Source of the DNA: the human T2T-CHM13v2.0 reference genome, Homo sapiens
Assembly: GCF_009914755.1 (NCBI RefSeq)
Contig: NC_060925.1
Strand: one strand, 5' to 3'
DNA length: 64,000 nt
Shown: positions 39,001 to 51,900 of the stretch, piece by piece
How the letters are laid out: every line of letters begins with the position of its first letter
Position numbering within the stretch: the stretch's first letter is position 1
Translations under genes and position numbers: made by a program
Notes under the pieces: model-generated
What the model was told of the DNA's origin: nothing
Database searches by the model: none
What the model saw: only the letters and a program-made list of their open reading frames with translations

Positions 39001-42000
39001 AATCGTTCTGTCTAGTTTCTATAGGAAGATATTTCCTATTCTACCATTGACCTCAAAGCGGCTGAAATCTCCACTTGCAAATTCCACAAAAAGAATGTTT
39101 CAAGTCTGCTCTGTGTAAAGGATCGTTTAACTCTGTGAGTTGAATACACACAACACAAGGAAGTTACTGAGAATTCTTCTGTCTAGCATAATATGAAGAA
39201 ATCCCGTTTCCAACGAAGGCCTCAAAGAGGTCTGAATATCCACTTGCAGACTTTACAAACAGAGTGTTTCCTAACTGCTCTATGAAAAGAAAAGTTAAAC
39301 TCTGTGAGTTGAACGCACACATCACAAAGGAGTTTATGAGAATCATTCTGTCTAGTCTTTATACGAAGATATTTCCTTTTCTACCATTGACCTCAAAGCG
39401 GCTGAAATCTCCACTTGCAAATTCCACAAAAAGAGTGTTTCAAGTCTGCTCTGTGTAAAGGATCGTTCAACTCTGTGAGTTCAATACACACAACACAAGG
39501 AAGTTACTGAGAATTCTTCTGTCTAGCAGAATATGAAGAAATCCCGTTTCCAAAGAAGGCCTCAAGGAGGTCTGAATATCCACTTGCAGACTTTACAAAC
39601 AGAGTGTTTCCTAACTGCTCTATGAACAGAAAGGTTAAACTCTGTGAGTTGAACGCACACATCACAAAGGAGTTTCTGAGAATCATTCTGTCTAGTTTCT
39701 ATAAGAAGATATTTCCTATTCTACCATTGACCTCAAAGCGGCTGAAATCTCCACTTGCAAATTCGACAAAAAGAGTGTTTCAAGCCTGCTCTCTGTAAAG
39801 GATCCTTCAACTCTGTGAGTTGAATACACACAACACAAGGAAGTTACTGAGAATTATTCTGTCTAGCATAATATGAAGAAATCCCGTTTCCAACGAAGGC
39901 CTCAAAGAGGTCTGAATATCCACTTGCAGACTTTACAGAGTGTTTCCTAACTGCTCTATGAGAAGAAAAGTTAAACTCTGTGAGTTGAACGCACACATCA
40001 CAAAAGATTTTCTGAGAATCATTCTGTCTAGTCTTTATATGAAGATAGTTTCCTTTTCTACCATTGACCTCAAAGCGGCTGAAATCTCCACTTGCAAATT
40101 CCACAAAAAGAGTGTTTCAAGTCTGCTCTGTGTAAAGGATCGTTCAACTCTGTGAGTTGAATACACACAACACAAGGAAGTTACTGAGAATTCTTCTGTC
40201 TAGCAGAATATGAAGAAATCCCGTTTCCAACGAAGGCCACAAGATGTCAGAATATCCACTTACAGACTTTACAAACAGAGTGTTTCCTAACTGCTCTATG
40301 AACAGAAAGGTTAAACTCTGTGAGTTGAACGAACACATCACAACGCAGTTTGTGGGAATGATTCTGTCTAGTTTTGAAACGAAGATATTTCCTTTTCTGC
40401 CGTTGACCTTAAAGCGCTTGAAATCTACACTTGCAAATTGCACAAATAGAGTGTTTCAAATCTGCTCTGTCTAAGGGAACGTTCAACTCTGTGAGTTGAA
40501 TGCACACAACACAAGGAAGTTACTGGGAATTCTTCTGTCTAGCCTTACATGAAAAAAACCCGTTTCCAACGAAGGCCTCTAAGTGGTCAAAATATCCACG
40601 TGCAGACTTTACAAACAGAGTGTTTCCAAACCGCTGAATGAAAAGAAAAGTTAAACTCTGAGAGTTGAACGCACACATCACGCAGCAGTTTCTGAGAATG
40701 ATTCTGTCTAGTTTTTATACGAAGATATTTCCTTTTCTGCCTTTGGCCCCAAAGCGCTTGAAATCTCCACTTGCAAATTCCACAAAAACAGTGTTTCAAA
40801 TCTGCTCTCTCTAAATGAAAGTTCAACTCTGTCAGTTGAATACACACAACACAAGGAAGTTACTGAGAATTCTTCTGTCTAGCATAATATGAAGAAATCC
40901 CGTTTCCAACGAAGGCCTCAAAGGGGTCTGAATATCCACTTGCAGACTTTATAAACAGAGTGTTTACTAACTGCTCTATGAAAAGAAAGGTTAAACTCTG
41001 TGAGTTGAACACACACATCACAAAGGAGTTTCTGAGAATCATTCTGTCTAGTTTTTCTACGAAGATATTTCCTTTTCTACTATTGACCTCAAAGCGGCTG
41101 AAATCTCCACTTGCAAATTCCACAAAAAGAGTGTTTCAAGTCTGCTCTCTGTAAAGGATCGTTCAACTCTGTGAGTTGAATACACACAACACAAGGAAGT
41201 TACTGAGAATTCTTCTGTCTAGCAGAATAGGAAGAAATCCCGTTTCCAACGAAGGACTCAAGGAGGTCTGAATATCCACTTGCAGACTTTACAAACACAG
41301 TGTTTCCTAACTGCTCTATGAACAGAAAGGTTAAACTCTGTGAGTTGAACGCACACATCACAAAGGAGTTTCTGAGAATCATTCTGTCTAGTCTTTATAC
41401 GAAGATATTTACTTTTCTACGATTGACCTCAAAGCGACTGAAATCTCCACTTGCAAATTCCACAAAAAGAGTGTTTCAAGTCTAATCTGTGTAAAGGATC
41501 ATTCAACTCTGTGAGTTGAATAAACACAACACAAGGAAGTTACTGAGAATTCTTCTGTCTAGCAGAATATGAAGAAATCCCGTTTACAACGAAGGCCTCA
41601 AGGAGGTCTGAATATCCACTTGCAGACTTTACAAACAGAGTGTTTCCTAACTGCTCTATGAAAAGAAAGGTTAAACTCTGAGAGTTGAACGCACACATCA
41701 CAAAGGAGTTCATGAGAATCATTTTGTCTAGTTTCTATAATAAGATATTTCCTATTCTACCATAGACCTCAAAGTGGCTGAAATCTAAACTTGCAAATTC
41801 GACAAAAAGAGTGTTTCAAGCCTGCTCTCTGTAAAGGATCCTTCAACTCTGTGAGTTGAATACACACAACACAAGGAAGATACTGAGAATTATTCTGTCT
41901 AGCATAATATGAAGAAATCCCGTTTCCAACGAAGGCCTCAAAGAGGTCTGAATATCCACTTGCAGACTTTACAAACAGAGTGTTTCCTAACTGCTCTATG

Positions 42001-42906
42001 AGAAGAAAAGTTAAACTCTGTGAGTTGAACGCACACATCACAAAAGATTTTCTGAGAATCATTCTGTCTAGTCTTTATATGAAGATAGTTTCCTTTTCTA
42101 CCATTGACCTCAAAGCGGCTGAAATCTCCACTTGCAAATTCCACAAAAAGAGTGTTTCAAGTCTGCTCTGTGTAAAGGATCGTTCAACTCTGTGAGTTGA
42201 ATACACACAACACAAGGAAGTTACTGAGAATTCTTCTGTCTAGCAGAATATGAAGAAATCCCGTTTCCAACGAAGGCCACAAGATGTCAGAATATCCACT
42301 TACAGACTTTACAAACAGAGTGTTTCCTAACTGCTCTATGAACAGAAAGGTTAAACTCTGAGAGTTGAACGAACACATCACAACGCAGTTTGTGGGAATG
42401 ATTCTGTCTAGTTTTGAAACGAAGATATTTCCTTTTCTGCCGTTGACCTTAAAGCGCTTGAAATCTACACTTGCAAATTGCACAAATAGAGTGTTTCAAA
42501 TCTGCTCTGTCTAAGGGAACGTTCAACTCTGTGAGTTGAATGCACACAACACAAGGAAGTTACTGGGAATTCTTCTGTCTAGCCTTACATGAAAAAAACC
42601 CGTTTCCAACGAAGGCCTCTAAGTGGTCAAAATATCCACGTGCAGACTTTACAAACACAGTATTACCAAACCGCTGAATGAAAAGAAAAGTTAAACTCTG
42701 AGAGTTGAACGCACACATCACGCAGCAGTTTCTGAGAATGATTCTGTCTAGTTTTTATACGAAGATATTTCCTTTTCTGCCTTTGGCCCCAAAGCGCTTG
42801 AAATCTCCACTTGCAAATTCCACAAAAACAGTGTTTCAAATCTGCTCTCTCCAAATGAAAGTTCAACTCTGTCAGTTGAATACACACAACACAAGGAAGT
42901 TACTGA

Positions 42907-45900
42907 GAATTCTTCTGTCTAGCATAATATGAAGAAATCCCGTTTCCAACGAAGGCCTCAAAGGGGTCTGAATATCCACTTGCAGACTTTATAAACAGAG
43001 TGTTTACTAACTGCTCTATGAAAAGAAAGGTTAAACTCTGTGAGTTGAACACACACATCACAAAGGAGTTTCTGAGAATCATTCTGTCTAGTTTTTCTAC
43101 GAAGATATTTCCTTTTCTACTATTGACCTCAAAGCGGCTGAAATCTCCACTTGCAAATTCCACAAAAAGAGTGTTTCAAGTCTGCTCTGTGTAAAGGATC
43201 GTTCAACTCTGTGAGTTGAATACACACAACACAAGGAAGTTACTGAGAATTCTTCTGTCTAGCAGAATATGAAGAAATCCCGTTTCCAACGAAGGCCTCA
43301 AGGAGGTCTGAATATCCACTTGCAGACTTTACAAACAGAGTGTTTCCTAACTGCTCTATGAACAGAAAGGTTAAACTCTGTGAGTTGAACGCGCACATCA
43401 CAAAGGAGTTTCTGAGAATCATTCTGTCTAGTCTTTATACGAAGATATATACTTTTCTACCATTGACCTCAAAGCGGCTGAAATCTCCACTTGCAAATTC
43501 CACAAAAAGAGTGTTTCAAGTCTGCTCTGTGTAAAGGATCATTCAACTCTGTGAGTTGAATAAACACAACACATGGAAGTTACTGAGAATTCTTCTGTCT
43601 AGCATAATATGAAGAAATCCCGTTTCCAACGAAGGCCTCAAGGAGGACTGAATATCCACTTGCAGACTTTACAAACAGAGTGTTTCCTAACTGCTCTATG
43701 AGAAGAAAAGTTAAACTCTGTGAGTTGAACGCACACATCACAAAAGATTTTCTGAGAATCATTCTGTCTAGTCTTTATATGAAGATAGTTTCCTTTTCTA
43801 ACATTGACCTCAAAGCGGCTGAAATCTCCACTTGCAAATTCCACAAAAAGAGTGTTTCAAGTCTGCTCTGTGTAAAGGATCGTTCAACTCTGTGAGTTGA
43901 ATACACACAACACAAGGAAGTTACTGAGAATTCTTCTGTCTAGCAGAATATGAAGAAATCCCGTTTCCAACGAAGGCCACAAGATGTCAGAATATCCACT
44001 TACAGACTTTACAAACAGAGTGTTTCCTAACTGCTCTATGAACAGAAAGGTTAAACTCTGTGAGTTGAACGAACACATCACAACGCAGTTTGTGGGAATG
44101 ATTCTGTCTAGTTTTGAAACGAAGATATTTGCTTTTCTGCCGTTGACCTTAAAGAGCTTGAAAACTACACTTGCAAATTGCACAAATAGAGTGTTTCAAA
44201 TCTGCTCTGTCTAAGGGAACGTTCAACTCTGTGAGTTGAATGCACACAACACAAGGAAGTTACTGGGAATTCTTCTGTCTATCCTTACATGAAAAAAACC
44301 CGTTTCCAACGAAGGCCTCTAAGTGGTCAAAATTTCCACGTGCAGACTTTACAAACAGAGTGTTTCCAAACCGCTGAATGAAAAGAAAAGTTAAACTCTG
44401 AGAGTTGAACCCACACATCGCGCAGTAGTTCCTGAGAATGATTCTGTCTAGTTTTTATACGAAGATATTTCCTTTTCTGCCTTTGGCCCCAAAGCGCTTG
44501 AAATCTCCACTTGCAAATTCCACAAAAACAGTGTTTCAAATCTGCTCTCTCTAAATGAAAGTTCAACTCTGTCAGTTGAATACACACAACACAAGGAAGT
44601 TACTGAGAATTCTTCTGTCTAGCATAATATGAAGAAATCCCGTTTCCAACGAAGGCCTCAAAGGGGTCTGAATATCCACTTGCAGACTTTATAAACAGAG
44701 TGTTTACTAACTGCTCTATGAAAAGAAAGGTTAAACTCTGTGAGTTGAACACACACATCACAAAGGAGTTTCTGAGAATCATTCTGTGTAGTTTTTCTAC
44801 GAATATATTTCCTTTTCTACTATTGACCTCAAAGCGGCTGAAATCTCCAATTGCAAATTCCACAAAAAGAGTGTTTCAAGTCTGCTCTGTGTAAAGGATC
44901 GTTCAACTCTGTGAGTTGAATACACACAACACAAGGAAGTTACTGAGAATTCTTCTGTCTAGCAGAATATGAAGAAATCCCGTTTCCAACGAAGGCCTCA
45001 AAGAGGTCTGAATATCCACTTGCAGACTTTACAAACAGAGTGTTTCCTAACTGCTCTATGAAAAGAAAGGTTAAACTCTGTGAGTTGAACGCACACATCA
45101 CAAAGGAGTTTCTGAGAATCATTCTGTCTAGTTTCTATAGGAAGATATTTCCTATTCTACCATTGACCTCAAAGCGGCTGAAATCTCCACTTGCAAATTC
45201 CACAAAAAGAGTGTTTCAAGACTGCTCTGTGTAAAGGATCGTTCAACTCTGTGAGTTGAATACACACAACACAAGGAAGTTAATGAGAATTATTCTGTCT
45301 AGCAGAATATGAAGAAATCCCGTTTCCAACGAAGGCCTCAAGGAGGTCTGAATATCCACTTGCAGACTTTACAAACAGAGTGTTTCCTAACTGCTCTATG
45401 AACAGAAAGGTTAAACTCTGTGAGTTGAACGAACACATCACAACGCAGTTTGTGGGAATGATTCTGTCTAGTTTTGAAACGAAGATATTTCCTTTTCAGC
45501 CGTTGACCTTAAAACGCTTGAAATCTACACTTGCAAATTGCACAAATAGAGTGTTTCAAATCTGCTCTGTCTAAGGGAACGTTCAACTCTGTGAGTTGAA
45601 TGCACACAACACAAGGAAGTTACTGGGAATTCTTCTGTCTAGCCTTACATGAAAAAAACCCGTTTCCAACGAAGGCCTCTAAGTGGTCAAAATATCCACG
45701 AGCAGACTTTACAAACAGAGTGTTTCCAAACCGCTGAATGAAAAGAAAAGTTAAACTCTGAGAGTTGAACGCACACATCACGCAGCAGTTTCTGAGAATG
45801 ATTCTGTCTAGTTTTTATACGAAGATATTTCCTTTTCTGCCTTTGGCCCCAAAGCGCTTGAAATCTCCACTTGCAAATTCCACAAAAACAGTGTTTCAAA

Positions 45901-48900
45901 TCTGCTCTCTCTAAATGAAAGTTCAACTCTATCAGTTGAATACACACAACACAAGGAAGTTACTGAGAATTCTTCTGTCTAGCAGAATATGAAGAAATCC
46001 CGTTTCCAACGAAGGCCTCAAAGGGGTCTGAATATCCACTTGCAGACTTTATAAACAGAGTGTTTACTAACTGCTCTATGAAAAGAAAGGTTAAACTCTG
46101 TGAGTTGAACACACACATCACAAAGGAGTTTCTGAGAATCATTCTGTCTAGTTTTTCTACGAAGATATTTCCTTTTCTACTATTGACCTCAAAGCGGCTG
46201 AAATCTCCACTTGCAAATTCCACAAAAAGAGTGTTTCAAGTCTGCTCTGTGTAAAGGATCGTTCAACTCTGTGAGTTGAATACACACAACACAAGGAAGT
46301 TACTGAGAATTCTTCTGTCTAGCAGAATAGGAAGAAATCCCGTTTCCAACGAAGGCCTCAAAGAGGTCTGAATATCCACGTGCAGACTTTTCAAACAGAG
46401 TGTTCCCTAACTGCTCTATGAAAAGAAAGGTTAAACTCTGTGAGTTGAACGCACACATCACAAAGGAGTTTCTGAGAATCGTTCTGTCTAGTTTCTATAG
46501 GAAGATATTTCCTATTCTACCATTGACCTCAAAGCGGCTGAAATCTCCACTTGCAAATTCCACAAAAAGAGTGTTTCAAGTCTGCTCTGTGTAAAGGATC
46601 GTTCAACTCTGTGAGTTGAATACACACAACACAAGGAAGTTACTGAGAATTCTTCTGTCTAGCAGAATATGAAGAAATCCCGTTTCCAACGAAGGCCACA
46701 AGATGTCAGAATATCCACTTACAGACTTTACAAACAGAGTGTTTCCTAACTGCTCTATGAACAGAAAGGTTAAACTCTGTGAGTTGAACGAACACATCAC
46801 AACGCAGTTTGTGGGAATGATTCTGTCTAGTTTTAAAGGAAGATATTTCCTTTTCAGCCGTTGACCTTAAAGCGCTTGAAATCTACACTTGCAAATTGCA
46901 CAAATAGGCTGTTTCAAATCTGCTCTGTCTAAGGGAACGTTCAACTCTGTGAGTTGAATGCACACAACACAAGGAAGTTACTGGGAATTCTTCTGTCTAG
47001 CCTTACATGAAAAAAACCCGTTTCCAACGAAGGCCTCTAAGTGGTCAAAATATCCACGTGCAGACTTTACAAACAGAGTGTTTCCAAACCGCTGAATGAA
47101 AAGAAAAGTTAAACTCTGAGAGTTGAACGCACACATCACGCAGCAGTTTCTGAGAATGATTCTGTCTAGTTTTTATACGAAGATATTTCCTTTTCTGCCT
47201 TTGGCCCCAAAGCGCTTGAAATCTCCACTTGCAAATTCCACAAAAACAGTGTTTCAAATCTGCTCTCTCTAAATGAAAGTTCAACTCTGTCAGTTGAATA
47301 CACACAACACAAGGAAGTTACTGAGAATTCTTCTGTCTAGCATAATATGAAGAAATCCCGTTTCCAACGAAGGCCTCAAAGGGGTCTGAATATCCACTTG
47401 CAGACTTTATAAACAGAGTGTTTACTAACTGCTCTATGAAAAGAAAGGTTAAACTCTGTGAGTTGAACACACACATCACAAAGGAGTTTCTGAGAATCAT
47501 TCTGTCTAGTTTTTCTACGAATATATTTCCTTTTCTACTATTGACCTCAAAGCGGCTGAAATCTCCAATTGCAAATTCCACAAAAAGAGTGTTTCAAGTC
47601 TGCTCTGTGTAAAGGATCGTTCAACTCTGTGAGTTGAATACACACAACACAAGGAAGTTACTGAGAATTCTTCTGTCTAGCAGAATATGAAGAAATCCCG
47701 TTTCCAACGAAGGCCTCAAAGAGGTCTGAATATCCACTTGCAGACTTTACAAACAGAGTGTTTCCTAACTGCTCTATGAAAAGAAAGGTTAAACTCTGTG
47801 AGTTGAACGCACACATCACAAAGGAGTTTCTGAGAATCATTCTGTCTAGTTTCTATAGGAAGATATTTCCTATTCTACCATTGACCTCAAAGCGGCTGAA
47901 ATCTCCACTTGCAAATTCCACAAAAAGAGTGTTTCAAGACTGCTCTGTGTAAAGGATCGTTCAACTCTGTGAGTTGAATACACACAACACAAGGAAGTTG
48001 CTGAGAATTATTCTGTCTAGCAGAATATGAAGAAATCCCGTTTCCAACGAAGGCCTCAAGGAGGTCTGAATATCCACTTGCAGACTTTACAAACAGAGTG
48101 TTTCCTAACTGCTCTATGAACAGAAAGGTTAAACTCTGTGAGTTGAACGAACACATCACAACGCAGTTTGTGGGAATGATTCTGTCTAGTTTTGAAACGA
48201 AGATATTTCCTTTTCTGCCGTTGACCTTAAAGCGCTTGAAATCTACACTTGCAAATTGCACAAATAGAGTGTTTCAAATCTGCTCTGTCTAAGGGAACGT
48301 TCAACTCTGTGAGTTGAATGCACACAACACAAGGAAGTTACTGGGAATTCTTCTGTCTAGCCTTACATGAAAAAAACCCGTTTCCAACGAAGGCCTCTAA
48401 GTGGTCAAAATATCCACGAGCAGACTTTACAAACAGAGTGTTTCCAAACCGCTGAATGAAAAGAAAAGTTAAACTCTGAGAGTTGAACGCACACATCACG
48501 CAGCAGTTTCTGAGAATGATTCTGTCTAGTTTTTATACGAAGATATTTCCTTTTCTGCCTTTGGCCCCAAAGCGCTTGAAATCTCCACTTGCAAATTCCA
48601 CAAAAACAGTGTTTCAAATCTGCTCTCTCTAAATGAAAGTTCAACTCTATCAGTTGAATACACACAACACAAGGAAGTTACTGAGAATTCTTCTGTCTAG
48701 CAGAATATGAAGAAATCCCGTTTCCAACGAAGGCCTCAAAGGGGTCTGAATATCCACTTGCAGACTTTATAAACAGAGTGTTTACTAACTGCTCTATGAA
48801 AAGAAAGGTTAAACTCTGTGAGTTGAACACACACATCACAAAGGAGTTTCTGAGAATCATTCTGTCTAGTTTTTCTACGAAGATATTTCCTTTTCTACTA

Positions 48901-51900
48901 TTGACCTCAAAGCGGCTGAAATCTCCACTTGCAAATTCCACAAAAAGAGTGTTTCAAGTCTGCTCTGTGTAAAGGATCGTTCAACTCTGTGAGTTGAATA
49001 CACACAACACAAGGAAGTTACTGAGAATTCTTCTGTCTAGCAGAATAGGAAGAAATCCCGTTTCCAACGAAGGCCTCAAAGAGGTCTGAATATCCACGTG
49101 CAGACTTTTCAAACAGAGTGTTTCCTAACTGCTCTATGAAAAGAAAGGTTAAACTCTGTGAGTTGAACGCACACATCACAAGGGAGTTTCTGAGAATCGT
49201 TCTGTCTAGTTTCTATCGGAAGATATTTCCTATTCTACCATTGACCTCAAAGCGGCTGAAATCTCCACTTGCAAATTCCACAAAAAGAGTGTTTCAAGTC
49301 TGCTCTGTGTAAAGGATCGTTCAACTCTGTGAGTTGAATACACACAACACAAGGAAGTTACTGAGAATTCTTCTGTCTAGCAGAATATGAAGAAATCCCG
49401 TTTCCAACGAAGGCCACAAGATGTCAGAATATCCACTTACAGACTTTACAAACAGAGTGTTTCCTAACTGCTCTATGAACAGAAAGGTTAAACTCTGTGA
49501 GTTGAACGAACACATCACAACGCAGTTTGTGGGAATGATTCTGTCTAGTTTTGAAAGGAAGATATTTCCTTTTCAGCCGTTGACCTTAAAGCGCTTGAAA
49601 TCTACACTTGCAAATTGCACAAATAGGCTGTTTCAAATCTGCTCTGTCTAAGGGAACGTTCAACTCTGTGAGTTGAATGCACACAACACAAGGAAGTTAC
49701 TGGGAATTCTTCTGTCTAGCCTTACATGAAAAAAACCCGTTTCCAACGAAGGCCTCTAAGTGGTCAAAATATCCACGTGCAGACTTTACAAACAGAGTGT
49801 TTCCAAACCGCTGAATGAAAAGAAAAGTTAAACTCTGAGAGTTGAACGCACACATCACGCAGCAGTTTCTGAGAATGATTCTGTCTAGTTTTTATACGAA
49901 GATATTTCCTTTTCTGCCTTTGGCCCCAAAGCGCTTGAAATCTCCACTTGCAAATTCCACAAAAACAGTGTTTCAAATCTGCTCTCTCTAAATGAAAGTT
50001 CAACTCTGTCAGTTGAATACACACAACACAAGGAAGTTACTGAGAATTCTTCTGTCTAGCATAATATGAAGAAATCCCGTTTCCAACGAAGGCCTCAAAG
50101 GGGTCTGAATATCCACTTGCAGACTTTATAAACAGAGTGTTTACTAACTGCTCTATGAAAAGAAAGGTTAAACTCTGTGAGTTGAACACACACATCACAA
50201 AGGAGTTTCTGAGAATCATTCTGTCTAGTTTTTCTACGAAGATATTTCCTTTTCTACTATTGACCTCAAAGCGGCTGAAATCTCCACTTGCAAATTCCAC
50301 AAAAAGAGTGTTTCAAGTCTGCTCTGTGTAAAGGATCGTTCAACTCTGTGAGTTGAATACACACAACACAAGGAAGTTACTGAGAATTCTTCTGTCTAGC
50401 AGAATATGAAGAAATCCCATTTCCAACGAAGGCCTCAAGGAGGTCTGAATATCCACTTGCAGACTTTACAAACAGAGTGTTTCCTAACTGCTCTATGAAC
50501 AGAAAGGTTAAACTCTGTGAGTTGAACGCGCACATCACAAAGGAGTTTCTGAGAATCATTCTGTCTAGTCTTTATACGAAGATATATACTTTTCTACCAT
50601 TGACCTCAAAGCGGCTGAAATCTCCACTTGCAAATTCCACAAAAAGAGTGTTTCAAGTCTGCTCTGTGTAAAGGATCATTCAACTCTGTGAGTTGAATAA
50701 ACACAACACATGGAAGTTACTGAGAATTCTTCTGTCTAGCATAATATGAAGAAATCCCGTTTCCAACGAAGGCCTCAAGGAGGACTGAATATCCACTTGC
50801 AGACTTTACAAACAGAGTGTTTCCTAACTGCTCTATGAGAAGAAAAGTTAAACTCTGTGAGTTGAACGCACACATCACAAAAGATTTTCTGAGAATCATT
50901 CTGTCTAGTCTTTATATGAAGATAGTTTCCTTTTCTACCATTGACCTCAAAGCGGCTGAAATCTCCACTTGCAAATTCCACAAAAAGAGTGTTTCAAGTC
51001 TGCTCTGTGTAAAGGATCGTTCAACTCTGTGAGTTGAATACACACAACACAAGGAAGTTACTGAGAATTCTTCTGTCTAGCAGAATATGAAGAAATCCCG
51101 TTTCCAACGAAGGCCACAAGATGTCAGAATATCCACTTACAGACTTTACAAACAGAGTGTTTCCTAACTGCTCTATGAACAGAAAGGTTAAACTCTGTGA
51201 GTTGAACGAACACATCACAACGCAGTTTGTGGGAATGATTCTGTCTAGTTTTGAAACGAAGATATTTGCTTTTCTGCCGTTGACCTTAAAGAGCTTGAAA
51301 ACTACACTTGCAAATTGCACAAATAGAGTGTTTCAAATCTGCTCTGTCTAAGGGAACGTTCAACTCTGTGAGTTGAATGCACACAACACAAGGAAGTTAC
51401 TGGGAATTCTTCTGTCTAGCCTTACATGAAAAAAACCCGTTTCCAACGAAGGCCTCTAAGTGGTCAAAATTTCCACGTGCAGACTTTACAAACAGAGTGT
51501 TTCCAAACCGCTGAATGAAAAGAAAAGTTAAACTCTGAGAGTTGAACCCACACATCGCGCAGTAGTTCCTGAGAATGATTCTGTCTAGTTTTTATACGAA
51601 GATATTTCCTTTTCTGCCTTTGGCCCCAAAGCGCTTGAAATCTCCACTTGCAAATTCCACAAAAACAGTGTTTCAAATCTGCTCTCTCTAAATGAAAGTT
51701 CAACTCTGTCAGTTGAATACACACAACACAAGGAAGTTACTGAGAATTCTTCTGTCTAGCATAATATGAAGAAATCCCGTTTCCAACGAAGGCCTCAAAG
51801 GGGTCTGAATATCCACTTGCAGACTTTATAAACAGAGTGTTTACTAACTGCTCTATGAAAAGAAAGGTTAAACTCTGTGAGTTGAACACACACATCACAA

